Assembly (NCBI GenBank): GCA_963693365.1
Contig: CAVNZM010000010.1
Span: forward strand, 2,604,001 to 2,668,000
Length of the DNA stretch: 64,000 bases
Reading direction: 5' to 3'
From: Amoebidium appalachense
Lineage: Eukaryota; Protista; Ichthyosporea
The notes beneath the pieces were generated by a model, which was given only the letters and a program-made list of their open reading frames with translations, did not search any database and had not been told where the DNA came from. The translations under genes and the position numbers were made by a program. Each line of letters begins with the position of its first letter. Position 1 is the first letter of the stretch. This document shows, piece by piece, positions 1 to 13,519 of this stretch.

Positions 1-510
1 GGACACGAGGCAGAGGGTGGCAAAGAGACTAAAGGCTGTGGAGGACGGGCTGGCTGATATCAACGCTACAATCAAGGTGGATAAAATTAGCTGCTTTGAG
101 AATCCACGTGCAAGTCTGTGCACACGCACACACGTAAAGCACACAGACGTACACAGACAGTCGTGCACACACGCACATCAAGTGTCACACACGTGATATG
201 CACAGGTGGATGCATTTGCGCACCCGTGGACGTGCAGACACAGATGTACGTGACGTCAGACAGACACGTGTACAGGCATGGATACATACGTCGAAGCACA
301 CTTGTGCATACATAAAACACAAAATTCCTCGCACTGACACACACATACCGCTACTCACCTTCCCCCCTTCCCCCACACACACGCACACCACCACCACTGC
401 CACGACCACTACCACCACCCACCCACCCACCCACCTTCTCAACACACACACACACACACACACACACGCCACCCCAAACACTCACACCCACACACACACA
501 CACACCACCC

Positions 511-605
<95 letters not shown>

Positions 606-1284
606 AATGTTCTTGCATAGTTTATGTGATGTCATACTTTATCCCTCGCATGCTTACTTTGTGCAAGAATCTTTGCAAAGGCACAGAGGGGCACCAAAGT
701 GACCATGTGTCAACGGGTTGGCGAGGGAGGGGGGGGGGGGGGGGGAGGGGGGCTCTGTACGTGGCATATCTCCCCATTATCTGTCAGCATTGATTTATCA
801 TTAGGCGAATTAGGGGGAGAGGGGGGAGGGGGGGGCGGAGAGGGGGGGGGGGGTGACTCTGTATTAGTGATGATTTTGCTAACATGTTTTACGGCGCAGT
901 TTCGCCTAGCACGGATTTCATCGTTGGGGCAAATATGATCTACAGGTTATCAGGAAATTATGCCACTTATGCACTCATTTTACGGCTATGGAAATTCTAC
1001 CACACTTTTACTCATTTTCGGGCCATGCACTGACCAGTTGCTATTCAGGCAGTGGGCCAACAGGCGCAGGAGGCGGAGCAGAGGATAGTGGGCACACTGA
1101 CAGGATCTATGGGGGTGCAGGTGGACACGTTGAGGGCAGAGATACACGTAGGTGCTTGTGTTGGGATTGGTGTTGAAGTTGTGGTACTTGTGGCACACCG
1201 TGAAGCCTCTTGCTCCTTCCATTGGTACCTCTATACATGTTTATGGGGAGAGAAAATAGAAAGTGGACACGCGGGGGGCTCGGG

Positions 1285-1325
<41 letters not shown>

Positions 1326-4174
1326 TCAACAGGTAGCCCTTGTGTGCTAGTGGTAGTGCCTGTTGCTGTGTATCACATACATGGCTCAACTCCTCGTCCT
1401 GTCCACTCCCCCTCCCCCCCCCCCCCCCCCCCCCCCCCGCCGCTCCCACCCACCCACCCACCCTCACATCGCTACCTGCCTATCCCAGCTTTATGACATA
1501 CGATGCGCCTCCTTGGAGCTCAGATCCCCTTCTTTTGCCCTCCTGCCTGCACACACGCACACATACATACACACGCACACACTCACACCCTCAAACACTC
1601 ACCCACACCCACACTCACACTCACACATATACACACACACAACAGAAAGTGGCCACGGACCTACCTGGAGGCATTGCCCGACAGAGTGACTTGGGTGTGC
1701 TGGAGCAGAAAATGCAGCACAGGCTTACCCTGATGGTGAGAACAGAGAGGGGGGGTGGGGCGGGGGGGCATGCATAGCACGAAATAGGCAGGCACACGGG
1801 TAAAAGCACAGAAGATAAGGGGGGAGGGGGGGGGGGGGGGGGGAGTTAAATTCCTTAAGAGTACGCTGCATTTGCAGAAGCCGCGAGTATGTTTCGGTTG
1901 TGTGTGTTTGTGTATGTGTGTCTGTGTGCGTGTGTGTTTTGGGTTTGCTTTTTATGGGGGGGCAAGGAAGGGAAACGAAGGGGGTTGGGGATGCTTTTGC
2001 TGGTGCTCCACTGAGCAAGTTTTCTGATACATGTTTGAGTCACTTTTCCCCTTCCTTTGTTTCCCCCCCCCCCCCCCCCCCCCCCCTTTTTTTTTTTTTA
2101 AGGCCTGCCTCCTGTACCATACGGGCTTCGTGAACTGGATTGGGAACGGGGCGGGGTGTATTGCCCACGCACGGGAGGGGGGGGGGGGGGGGAGGGGGGG
2201 GTTATACAGAGAGTGTAGGACAGCTAATGCCAGTTTCTCTTTGTGCAGGGTTGGTCGTTTGTTGCTGCAGTGGGTCTGTACCTGCTGGCAGCCCTGGCCT
2301 CGGCAATAGGTGTGTGTTTTTGAGGGTGGCAGGTTATGGCTGTGCTTGGATTGTGATGATATGGGCCTCTGTGTGTAGGCGGTGTCCTGTGTGTTTGTGT
2401 GTGTTTGTGTGGTTTTTGAAGCTGGTGCTGTTTGGGTGTGTGCGCGGAGGGGGCCGCGGGGGGGGGGGGGGGGGGGGGGGGGGGTACTGTCTGTGTGTAT
2501 GGTGTGGTGTGGTCAGCTCAGTGCAAAGTTCTGGTTTCTGGCATTTGACGCAATTCATGGTGCTGCCTGCATATGCATTCTCACCCCCCACCCTCCCCCC
2601 CCCCCCCTCCCCCCCCCTTCCCCACCCTCTCTCTCTCCCTCCCTCCCCCTCTCTCCCCCTCTCTCCCCCTCTCCTCTTCCCCCCCCCCCCCCCTTCTCCC
2701 CCTCCACATCCAGGTTTGTATGGCTGGGCTGCCCGTCACCCTCTTTCGGCCTTTGTTTTCTCCTTGCTTGTTGTTTCTGCTGTCGGTGACCTGGCATACA
2801 GAGAGGGCATTCTCACGGTATGTCCCCAACACCCCCCTTCCCCCCAAACCCTCACCCCGCATCACACTCCCCCTTCCCCTCCACTCCCCCTCCTCCTCCA
2901 CTCGAACAAGCTCTACCGCACACGCACAGGCACACACACCAATTACTTAGCAACACTTCCACGACAGTATACACACGTACACGCCTACACTGACGTATGT
3001 GCATGGTCGAGTGATCCACCATCGGCACGTGCATGCACAAGCAGGTACATAGATACACGTGTTCACAGAAACACATGCACACACACACACACACACCAAC
3101 ACAGTTACTGCCAGACACTTAGACAGATACACACATGCACACACACCAACACACAGAACCACCAACAAACACAAATACAGACGCGCACCTATACAGATAC
3201 ACACACACACATGCACGGATACCATTTCACACATACAGATACAACCACACACCTACACAGATACACAGGCGCACACGTGTATCTCGATTATTGATTTGGT
3301 AAACGAAACAATAGCCCCCCCTCCACACTCCAGTACATTGCACTCAGGCCCCGCCATAACGAGAGGTGTATAAGTCCTTCAAATTTGCAGATGTGTGTTT
3401 AAGTGGGTGAGCGCCGTCTACATATTTGTGGGTGGCCGAAGCTCATCAGTCATACCTTCTCCCATGCCCGCTGCTTCCCACCTAAAAGAAATGTGTGTCA
3501 CACGCACACAAACACACAAATACACGCATGCATACACGCATGCACGTGCTCATACACACACAAGCACACACACACACACACACAACAGGCCGAGCACGTG
3601 CACCAGGCACAGCTCGTGGGTGTTGCCGCGTGGGGAGCCACCTGCCGCTTGCTTTCCGACGTTTGGGCGGCCACACACACCCTCGTTGTGAGGGGGGGAG
3701 ACGCATTCATGCAGGGGGCACATGCACTCAGGGAGGGGTGGACTGTTGTGAGTGCACGGGGAAGAGAATTGGCTGTGTGGGTGGGTGCAAAGACTATGGA
3801 AGTGGTAAAGGTTGGATGGCACACAGCAAGTGATGCGTGGGTGAGATTACATCCTATGGTAAAGAGCGTGCAGGGAAAGGTAGGGGAGGGGCTGGGGAAA
3901 TATGTGGATATCGTGGTGGAAGGGGGGTTGGATGCGATGCAAAGGGCAGGGGTGGTGGTGGGACCATACTACAGAGAGGCGGGGGCATGGGTGAGGGAAA
4001 ACATAGTTCCGCACGTCAAGTCTGTGTGCGAGGAGGTGTGGGGGGTGCTAGAGCCGCATATGCCACACCCCCAGACATTGAGGGAGGTGGGCATGTTTGC
4101 ACGGCACACACTGCTCGGCCCTGCGATGGCGCTGGTGACTGCTATGGCCTTGCTGGTGGCCTGGTAAGTGACAG

Positions 4175-4250
<76 letters not shown>

Positions 4251-4806
4251 GCACGCGCACACACACACACAAGCATGGGCCTGCTTGCAAGCATGCACGC
4301 ACAAGCATAACCGACACAGAGGTAGATACAACACACACAAACACATAACCCAAAAACAACACACAGGCTCGCCCAGCCGAGCAGCCATCAACGTCCACAC
4401 TGTGGCTCTGTCCACCTTAGTCGTTTCTTGGTTGTCTCCTCGTGCGCATTGGTACACCCCTGCTTGCACCTGCACGCACATCGTACATCACTTACGCCAA
4501 TAAGAGCATGCTCTGGTAGGCGGGCGGGCAGGCAGGCAGGCAGGCTGTGGGGAGGGGAAAGGGGGGGGGGGGGGGGGGGGGGGGGATGTGGAGGCAAAGG
4601 GGGGGGGGGGGGGGGGGGGGGGGGGGGAGGATGGGCGTTGTCAATAAGGAATAAGTTTGCTGAGCTTACTGAACCTCGGCTGAGTGAAATGACATCAAGA
4701 AACAGTTTATGACTGACCCATTACCATGCAGCCAAGGAGACAGGAGGCAACGGAGACACAGGGGGCACAAAGTGGGGGTGAAGGACACCGATGGGGTACA
4801 AGGTGA
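1..4806 (+). CDS. 3' part of a multi-exon gene; predicted membrane protein of unknown function (coiled-coil N-part, about three hydrophobic segments)
   Basis: GT-AG exons spliced by eye with compatible phases: <1-76 ([25 protein letters not shown]), ~1049-1147, 1646-1735, 2249-2309 ([20 protein letters not shown]), 2714-2817 ([26 protein letters not shown]), 3589-4163 (ends [15 protein letters not shown]), 4367-4450, 4732-4806 (TGA). Exons around 660-950 are unresolved and the last two exons are less certain. No family recognised. Confidence 0.65.
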
Positions 4807-5152
4807 AAAGGCAACCCTAGTGGGTTCATGAAGGGAGATCTTAATTGTCTCGGCATGTTTTCTGTATGTGTTTAGTAATGCTTTGTTAGTTGTGACAACT
4901 TGATGCATGGCTGTTACATGTATGCCAGTAGTCGTGGGTAGCACTACACGTACGTAGTAAAGCACTACGGCCTAGGGAATTTACGTATAGGCGGTGCAAC
5001 CATTGCTTCATCGTTTGTTTTGGATCTAATATGCTATGGTTTAAGGGAATATACTCATTTTAGAAGGTTATTGGTGGAGTGTTAATAGTCGAGATGGTGG
5101 GTGATTTTGTTTTTGTTACGAAGTCGTCTAAAGAGTCCCGAAAGAAGAAGGG

Positions 5153-5194
<42 letters not shown>

Positions 5195-5398
5195 ATGTAC
5201 GGAAGGTATTACTGGTGGTCTATCAATATGTGGAACACAGAAATTATTGAGTATTATGAATAGAACCCAACAAGAGTCTGGTTGGCTATAAAAGAATATT
5301 TCATAATGACATGCACTGCTGGCCGGTGCATGCATCACCCAATAAACCAAATATCAGGAGGATGGGGAGGATAGTTTTTTTTCTTTTCTTTTTTTTTT

Positions 5399-5449
<51 letters not shown>

Positions 5450-6003
5450 AGGGCCAAATAGTGATAACCGATGGACCTAGTCACGCCGCATTCCGGTCTC
5501 CTTCCATTTTGGTCAATGCGCTCAAGCCGTTATTGCAGGAAGTTCCGTCTTACTCGGATGTTTCTTGGTGTGGCCAAAAGCAGGATCACTATGTTTGCAG
5601 CATTCAATTCTGCTCAAATTTGATTGTTTATGCTTTTCATTATGAGTCTGCTTTTACGTGCGCAGAATCTAATTCTCAGACTCAACTTGGAAAGCAGAAT
5701 AACTCAGCTTCATAATCCGAATCAGTCTGCAAAGTTGAATTTTCCGCAGACTTATTGGCTCGTAGATAGTCCAGTCTGCTGGTGTCACGTTGGGAGAGAA
5801 CCCCGGCATGATGAAAATGTCGGACAAAGTTTGAAAACGATACACATGTACTCCAGCAGCATACTTTCGAAAAGCCGTGTGCAGAGTTCAGCCTTTTAAT
5901 TGACAATACGTATCATCGCCAATTCGTGGAAAGGGTGTGTGTGTTTGTGTGCATGCACGAGTGTGTGTGTGTGGTGGTAGGTTCCGGAGAGATGGATGGG
6001 CCT

Positions 6004-6037
<34 letters not shown>

Positions 6038-6240
6038 CTAGGAGGCTTGCAATTGCTGATGCAATTGAATAGAAAGTATAACACTACTGTACATCAAATA
6101 CATGCACTCCTCGGGCCCGTGCACATGCATGTCGGCATGCTTGCATGCCTAGGTCAGTATGCCATAACTGATCTGGCTTGAAAAGGAATTTCGAAACAGG
6201 CATACATAGGCATACTTGAAAAGAGTATAAAATTCAACGG

Positions 6241-6301
<61 letters not shown>

Positions 6302-7428
6302 TGCCATGTATACACAGAGAGATGACACTCACACACATAAATGCCATGTACATGCAGAGAGACACGCGCACACATGTACACACATGCATGTACAAACAGC
6401 CACCACGGTGACCATCATATCATGTACCCCCACTTGCAGATGCAAGTGCACACGCGCACTAAAAAGAATATTATGTACATCACCATCAGAGACTTTCTGG
6501 TCTTCTTGAGCTGCATAATAACAACTTAAGGCTAGTCGGGCAAAGATGAAGTAATACTATTACGGTGGTGCCTGCAAGCCACACTTTCATCTAGCACCGC
6601 CGCATGAATCCTGGCATTCCTGGTATTTGCCATATATGGTTCGGGTACTGGTGCGTGCTTAGCCAATAGAAAGTGTTTGTGTTGCAAGGACCAAACATAT
6701 TTGTGCCCTGTGGAGACCAATCAGTCTGTCGTGTCTATTTTGTAGTAGGCCAATCAGAATTCCCAGTTCCCACCGGGAACCCCGGCCGAATGTGAATCCC
6801 TCCCTGTGCTGACAGGTCACAGTCTGTACTGTCTGGTAATAGAATGCTACCTTCACACCACTGTGACTCTGCCGGGGCCTAAGTTTTACCTGGTAAGCAG
6901 CGACTGAGCATGTTGTCTTTCCAGTCGGATGTCGTCACTCCATCATGCTTAGGCCAGCACATGCCATTATTAGTTTGCAATAGACAGTATCACATTTTGA
7001 CTGGTGGTGGTTGCCACTTGCACACTGGCACGTCTTGACTGTGCCTTCCACAGCCGCAAGACAATTCTTAGGGAAAAGGAGGCAACGTAGTATATTAGTC
7101 TTCATTATATCCAGGCTAGCAGCCTTGATGTCCGATAGCGAATAGACTCTGTTTCCCTGTTGTGTTGCTGTGGCCTTTGCTGGTGCCTCGTTGCCTGTGC
7201 TAGAGCCAACGGGAGTACACACGGACGGTGGGTGGACCAGTGCTCTGCCTGCAGGAAAATGGCAGCACGTGACGGTGGGGGTAGGGGCCGGGGGGGGGGG
7301 GGGGGGGTTAGCTGCAGCATCACCAAAAACATTCTCTATGGCCACTCAAACCCCCCCCCCCGCCCCCCTCCCCGTGCACAATCCCACCCACCGGCATTAA
7401 AGCCCTACCCCTTCCGCCCTTCCTTCAT

Positions 7429-7471
<43 letters not shown>

Positions 7472-7549
7472 CAAAGAAAAGCACACACACACGCACAACC
7501 ACATGCACCTATGTACTACCGGCATCGCCCAAAAGGAAAGAGCAAACCC

Positions 7550-7580
<31 letters not shown>

Positions 7581-7987
7581 AAGTCCCAATGCCTCTCCTC
7601 CCTCTTCCCCCTGGGGGTTAAAATGAAATACCAAAGAACAGCACGGACCTACGCTAGGGAAGTTTTCAAGGGAAGTTCCCTTATTGAATCCGCTAAAAAT
7701 CGGCTTCTGTCGGACCACGGCATGCACCAATATATTCACCACCAGGCTGGCCACGTGGCACTGCACGCGGAACCATGCTTCGTGCATGGCCCAGGAATGT
7801 CTCTGACCGAGACTCAGCAGTACATAATAGTCTAATAGTGGACAGTAAAACATAAAACTAGGTGACATGCAAATGTTCAAGTAACGTACACGCGCCCGGG
7901 CCCCTTATTATTACACATATACACACTTATAATGTATGTCCAAATCCTTGTGCCAGCTAATCTTGTTGTTTCGCTTCATATGTAATA

Positions 7988-8030
7988 CTAGCCAATTCTT
8001 GGTTCTGCGTGCCCCCTGGTGGGGGCACGC
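7988..8030 (-). mobile_element. Candidate Helitron 3' terminus (GC-rich hairpin followed by CTAG|T)
   Basis: Perfect 10-bp stem GCGTGCCCCC-TGGT-GGGGGCACGC at 8007-8030. On the minus strand it is followed after 15 nt by CTAG (7991-7988) and then T. The 5' TC end was not identified. Confidence 0.4.
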
Positions 8031-9478
8031 CTTACGGGTCTGAAGCCTTTGGCACGCACACACACACGCACAAACACCTGTAAACAGTCACACAGTGACA
8101 GTGGCATAACGCATGAACGTTCACATACACATCACAAGCACGCGCGCGTCATGTACACTTGCACGCACCACGCATACATGTGCACAAAAACACACACAAA
8201 CAGGTTAGTCTTCATGCAACGCAGTGACACTGCAGCTGATTGTGCCCAAGCAGTCACCCATGCATGCATACCCGCCAAACGGCACAGGCCTAATTTTTTA
8301 CAAATAGGCCTATAGGCCTGAGTCAGCCTGAGTCGCCACGTACATGTATACATCCACACGCGCACCCGGCGCACGCAAGCGCGTAGGCTACTCAGTGTAG
8401 TACTCCGTGACGGTCCCACGTGCACGGACACGCTCGGAGCTCTGCCGCTCAGGCGGACAGGCAGGGCCTGGCGCTGATCATGAGTCTGACGCCAGCAGCA
8501 GCCTGAGAGGATCTAGATCTAGATCTCCTGGGCCAATCGTTGAGAGATTTGCCAGAGAATCTTCAAAACTTTAGATTTGATCTTGTAGATCTGGTATACA
8601 GCCGCATCTGGCCCTGGTACCATATCAGGAGCGGGCAAATTTTGAATTTTCCCTCCCCAGCCCCGCCGGGGAAAATTTGAGGTTTTTGGACCTCAAAGAA
8701 GTCAAATCCTGCAAAATTCACTACCGGCAGGCCAAAAAGGGTGACTTCACAAAAAAGCAGGGTCATACATGAAAAAAAGAAAATAGGCGAGTTCATTGGG
8801 CTGCCGATGAGTATATTTCGTGCTGCCGGTATACGTGCTGCCGTGGTTGTTGCTCTAGACGGCAGTATGGCATTGCATGTGCCACGTGACCTGCACGTGA
8901 ATGAGACCGTGTGCAGGCACTGAGTCTAGGGGGATTTGTGTGTGTTTTGGAGCACCGACAAGGCAGAGCCAGGGTGAGGGATGTGTAAACATGGAGTTTA
9001 GGGAGAGCACGCGTGCTGCTATTGTAACATGTGCACAAAACAGCCACGTGCACCACACTCCGGTGTACAGAACAATAATATGCATATGCGTCACTGTAAT
9101 GTATTACCATGTATGCGCATGCCGCACAAGGTTTAGGAGACCACCACAGTAGAGACTATTTTCTTTTGGTTGAAATCCATGTAGGAATTAATGGTGTGTT
9201 GCAATTGTCATGATCAGCCTGAGGCAGGCACGTGCACTCACTGAATTACTAGAACTCATGAATAAAAAATATGTTCGCTAAAAATGGCAAGGTAAATTTG
9301 GGGCCAATTAAGTTATTATTTCCCCTTTTTTGAACGTTTTTTTAGCTCCAAAATTCCTATATTTGGCTATCGTATATGATAATGAACACATGTACTGAAA
9401 GTAGTTATATAAACATGAGCGGCCCGTTACAAATACAGTGACGAAAAACAGTGACCCATGAGCAGTTTTTCTTTTTAT

Positions 9479-9544
<66 letters not shown>

Positions 9545-10139
9545 ACACACACACCAGACACACACACCACCACCACGGTGACCACCACCACCACCACCAC
9601 CACCATTCCTCCCCAAAAAAACCACACACATACGTGCACGTGTACACACACACAGAGAACACCACCACCACCTCCACTGGACCCCATTTCCTCGTTGTTT
9701 TCTTAAGCCTTCAGACCAGTCCTGTACACTGGAGTTAAACAATTGAATTCACCTAGGCTGACATGCTATTGCTATTTATTGGCCAGCGGCCAACATTTAT
9801 AAATATATATACCTAAAAATAAATACTGACTGCGGCCAGCAGACATTATACACCTTCCAGGACGTACATTAACACCAGTAGTCTAACACACCATACTCTC
9901 GATCACAAAGAATTACTAACAAACAAAGAAAAATGCAATGGCTCTGTACTATTACTCAGATTCTAAATTTTAATTCTTAACAGTAAACTTCGGAATGAAA
10001 GCTAAGCCCCTTCCCCCCCCCCCCCCCCCCCCCCCCCTAACATGACTGTACGAAGAACAGGTATAACTTGAAGCGCTACAACACATATGAGATCCGTTAC
10101 ATTGGTGTACATTCCAATATGAGACACTAGTTTGGCTAC

Positions 10140-10779
10140 TGTCGTATCCTAATATATGTGTACTAGAGACGCGGCACTCTACTAAGTGTACACACACGAA
10201 AAGGAACGAACGTGTACGAAAAACGGTAAAGTTTATTAAGACCAGGCCCCGACGGGCAAACTTAGATCCGTACGGATTGAGTCTAAGTTACGACTGAGGC
10301 CATCAAGGCCGTGCCCTACAAGATCATCATCACCTGGCCCCCTACGATGCCACATTCCATTAACATTCCGATCTACTTTTATCGTGCGCCTGCACGAGCT
10401 AAGTCGATCTACTCAACTAATATATTTATCCAAGTCTCACCCCTCACCCTCCCCCTAGTGGCACCGCAGAGTCTAAATCTACATTTCATACTATCCTCCC
10501 CCCCCCTCCCTCCCCCCCTTTCCTCTACATCTAAATATATAAATACGTTTGGCAACATATACTATCAAACCTTGCCAATCCTTACAAAAGGGCTTCTGCC
10601 CGAACAATGACATTCCTAAGTCCTCCTACGATCTATCCTACACACTAATTAGAATTCTATTGGACGGCTGTCCCGGCTGACGTGGTCCAATGCCCTGCGC
10701 CGGCAGAGGCAAGATGCACGCAGCTGTACAGCTATCTTGAGGCCCCGGACTTGATCTTGATGATCTGTGGACCCGGGCC

Positions 10780-10820
<41 letters not shown>

Positions 10821-10871
10821 ATCTCGATCGTAGACTTAGGCTAATCTGCTGAGACGGATTAGTATATGTCA
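10140..10871 (-). repeat. 3' LTR (732 bp)
   Basis: Starts TGTCGTATCC and ends TATGTCA on +. By eye it matches 16467-17189 except for the length of two poly-C runs. Confidence 0.97.
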
Positions 10872-10890
10872 ACTCCCCCCCGGCCCCCGG
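10872..10890 (-). other. Polypurine tract (plus-strand primer) of the LTR element
   Basis: G-rich tract on the minus strand (ending GGGGGGAGT) immediately before the TGACA start of the 3' LTR. Confidence 0.8.
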
Positions 10891-11073
10891 AAAAGCTGAG
10901 TCCCACCTCAGTCACATTACATCTAACACCCCCTAAAAAGACATAGACTAATCAGTCTCCTAAAAAAAATTAAATTAAATAAATTACGAAGAAAAATAAT
11001 AAATTAATCTACACCATAAGCTTGATACCTACGGAGACACCTATGATAATAAATTAAATTCCTACGACTACGT

Positions 11074-12900
11074 TCACACTCCTCCTCGGTCTCCTCCCCT
11101 CCCTCCCCCTCCCCCCGTGTGTCTACGTGTATTTGCATCACTCCCCCCCCCGGCCCCCTCCCCCACCGACTTTTTCACACCACGATTAAACTGAGGAATA
11201 ACTCTCTTTGGCCGAGAGGGAGCACTAGGCAACTCCCTCTGCACTAATCTAGCCTCATAAGCACGAATAGAAAACGGGCAATCCAAATGAAACTCAGGCA
11301 ACCACTGATCTTCCTGATAACCTCCCTCAAAACGAATTAAATAATAATTTACCTTACCTTCCTTACCTTCGATAACCTTTTTATCCATAATTTTATCTAC
11401 TGCAGCCTCCGATACATCCACCGACCCGTCATAGTCGGGGGTGAATGCATCTAACACTCGACGGCCCTCCGGCCGTTTAACCCTAAGGGCCCTATCATAA
11501 TATTCCTTTATATCATCTACATTATAAAATCTAACATCACTCTCATTATCTAACCTCTGCACCTTATATTCCGTCGGACCTAACCTAGCCACTATTTTAT
11601 ACGGACCGATAAAAAGAGGCAACCATTTCTTACCATACTTACGAAGACCTTCACCTTCACCCTTACCTTCCTGCTCCTGCTTATATCTCTTCTTCCTAGT
11701 ATGATCCCTAATTAAAACTAAAGTACCCTCGGCAAATTCACGTAACGGACGTGTGGACACGTCTGTACGTGCCTGTGCCTGCTGTGTACGGGCCAGAGCT
11801 GCATCACGTGCAGCCCGGGCCCGGGTTAGTAGCTGCTCCCGGAACTCAGTCCAGTGGGGATAAGTTAGTCGGTCAGCCCCCCCCATCGGCAAAAGTGCCG
11901 TATCTAACAAACTAATAGCCTCCTGCCCATAGACCAAATAAAACGGAGAAAAACCAGTCACAGCATGAGGGGTAGAATTATATGAATGAGCAATAAACCT
12001 AGACATATGATCCCAATCATTAGCCTCCACATCCACCATTTTGCCAAAGGACTTCTGAAACACTGCATGCACACGTTCAGAGATGGCATTTGCTTGAGGG
12101 TGATATGCAGACGTAGTGATATGAGCTACCCTTAAAATTTTACACACCTCCGACACCAACTGATTTAAAAACACACGACTCCTATCCGTTAACAAAACAC
12201 GAGGACAACCAAACCTAAGACAAATTTCATCCACAAAAATACGAGCAAACAAAACGGCATTAGCAGTGGGGAGAGGAAAAACTTCAACCCAACGAGTGGC
12301 CACATCGGTGACGGTAACAAGAACAGTGTTACCCTCAACCGTAGAATTAAAAGGACCGACCACATCCACTGCTACCCTTTCAAACATACGAACATTAAAA
12401 TCCCTAATAAACGACGGGCGGGAACGAGAGTGGGGACTCTCATTCCTTTCCTGACAATGCATGCATGACAACACATAATCCCTCACCTCCCTACTCATAC
12501 CCGGCCAAAAATACGAACGATTAACACGAAGCAACGTCCTATTTACACCTAAATGACCAGCCATGGGATGCTCATGCACCATATGCAAAACCTCAGGCAC
12601 AAGTGCCGTCGGGACCCAAACTCGGTGTCCGTCTGGCCCAGAACAATGATAAACTAAATCCTGCTCTACCTGACACATTTTTGCTAACTTAGCTACCTTA
12701 ATCATCTGCCTTTTATTTGTAAATTTAATCGAATCAACCGGCCCCTTTAAATAATTCTTAACCAGACCAATCAACACATCTTCCTCCTGAGCTAACTTAA
12801 TCAAAGCCGTAGGTGCTAAGGCAGGGGCCGAGCCATGAGACTCGGTCCCGACCTCAGACACCGACAAATACCTCCCCCCCCCTCTCCTACACTTATAAGC
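11074..12900 (-). CDS. pol: pol: integrase (HHCC, DDE core, GPY/F) plus C-terminal chromodomain
   Basis: HEHPMAGHLG...SCMHCQ zinc finger; FERVAVDVVGPF / LTDRSRVF / SERVH catalytic core; FIGPYKIV; chromodomain-like VDKIMDKKV...YYLIRFEGGYQEDQWLPEFHLDCPFSIRAYE (~11255-11405). Confidence 0.93.
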   Translation of the reverse strand, partial: AYKCRRGGGRYLSVSEVGTESHGSAPALAPTALIKLAQEEDVLIGLVKNYLKGPVDSIKFTNKRQMIKVAKLAKMCQVEQDLVYHCSGPDGHRVWVPTALVPEVLHMVHEHPMAGHLGVNRTLLRVNRSYFWPGMSREVRDYVLSCMHCQERNESPHSRSRPSFIRDFNVRMFERVAVDVVGPFNSTVEGNTVLVTVTDVATRWVEVFPLPTANAVLFARIFVDEICLRFGCPRVLLTDRSRVFLNQLVSEVCKILRVAHITTSAYHPQANAISERVHAVFQKSFGKMVDVEANDWDHMSRFIAHSYNSTPHAVTGFSPFYLVYGQEAISLLDTALLPMGGADRLTYPHWTEFREQLLTRARAARDAALARTQQAQARTDVSTRPLREFAEGTLVLIRDHTRKKRYKQEQEGKGEGEGLRKYGKKWLPLFIGPYKIVARLGPTEYKVQRLDNESDVRFYNVDDIKEYYDRALRVKRPEGRRVLDAFTPDYDGSVDVSEAAVDKIMDKKVIEGKEGKVNYYLIRFEGGYQEDQWLPEFHLDCPFSIRAYEARLVQRELPSAPSRPKRVIPQFNRGVKKSVGEGAGGGSDANTRRHTGGGGGRGGDRGGV

Positions 12901-12958
12901 AAGCAACCCCGGAACCCAAGAAGACACATCCACAGACACAGCATCTATTCCTTTCTGC

Positions 12959-13417
12959 TCACTCGCCCCCCCCTTCCCCCCCCCTCCCCCCCCGTCTCTC
13001 ACTATCCCCCCCCTCCCCCTCCTTCTCTTCTTCAAACAAAATATAAGCAGCACGAGAGAGAGCATCACAGTCGACCATTGTTTCACCCTTGGCATAAAAC
13101 AATTTATAGGAGAACTCACCGAGAGCCGCGGCCCACTTCTGCATCCTCTCGTTGACCAGACGAGTGGTGCCGGCCATGGCTAGGCAGGGCTTGTGGTCGG
13201 TGTAGACCTCAAACGTCCTGCCTGCGAGTATATACCTCCATGCCTGTGAGACTGCCCAAAAGATAGCATGGGACTCTCTCTCCGGATTGCTATATCTACG
13301 TTCACTTTTACTAAATGAACGACTAGCATAAGCAATCACTCTATCCTGCCCCTCCTGCACTTGATATAACACGGCCCCCTCAGCAACCTTACTTGCATCG
13401 CACCGAACTTTAAACAT
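12959..13417 (-). CDS. pol: pol: RNase H
   Basis: VRCDASKVAEGAVLYQ, IAYASRSFSKSERRYSNPERE, FEVYTDHKP, VDCDALSR. Frame changes on both sides coincide with C/G homopolymer runs. Confidence 0.93.
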   Translation of the reverse strand: MFKVRCDASKVAEGAVLYQVQEGQDRVIAYASRSFSKSERRYSNPERESHAIFWAVSQAWRYILAGRTFEVYTDHKPCLAMAGTTRLVNERMQKWAAALGEFSYKLFYAKGETMVDCDALSRAAYILFEEEKEGEGGDSERRGGRGGEGGGE

Positions 13418-13519
13418 CCCCCCCCGGCCGAAAAATCAGGATGAACAAGCATACTCGAAGACTGCAAAGCTAACTTAAGCTTTTCGAAAGCAGAAACAGC
13501 ATCAACATTCCAATCTATT

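Noticed and set aside
8505-8530. GATCTA tandem/palindromic repeat as a transposon end or origin
   Set aside because: Only about three units; no partner terminus or TSD found.
10311-10610. 99-aa ORF in the LTR (also 16638-16868)
   Set aside because: Antisense to the element, GTG start, length depends on a poly-C run, and no recognisable domain.
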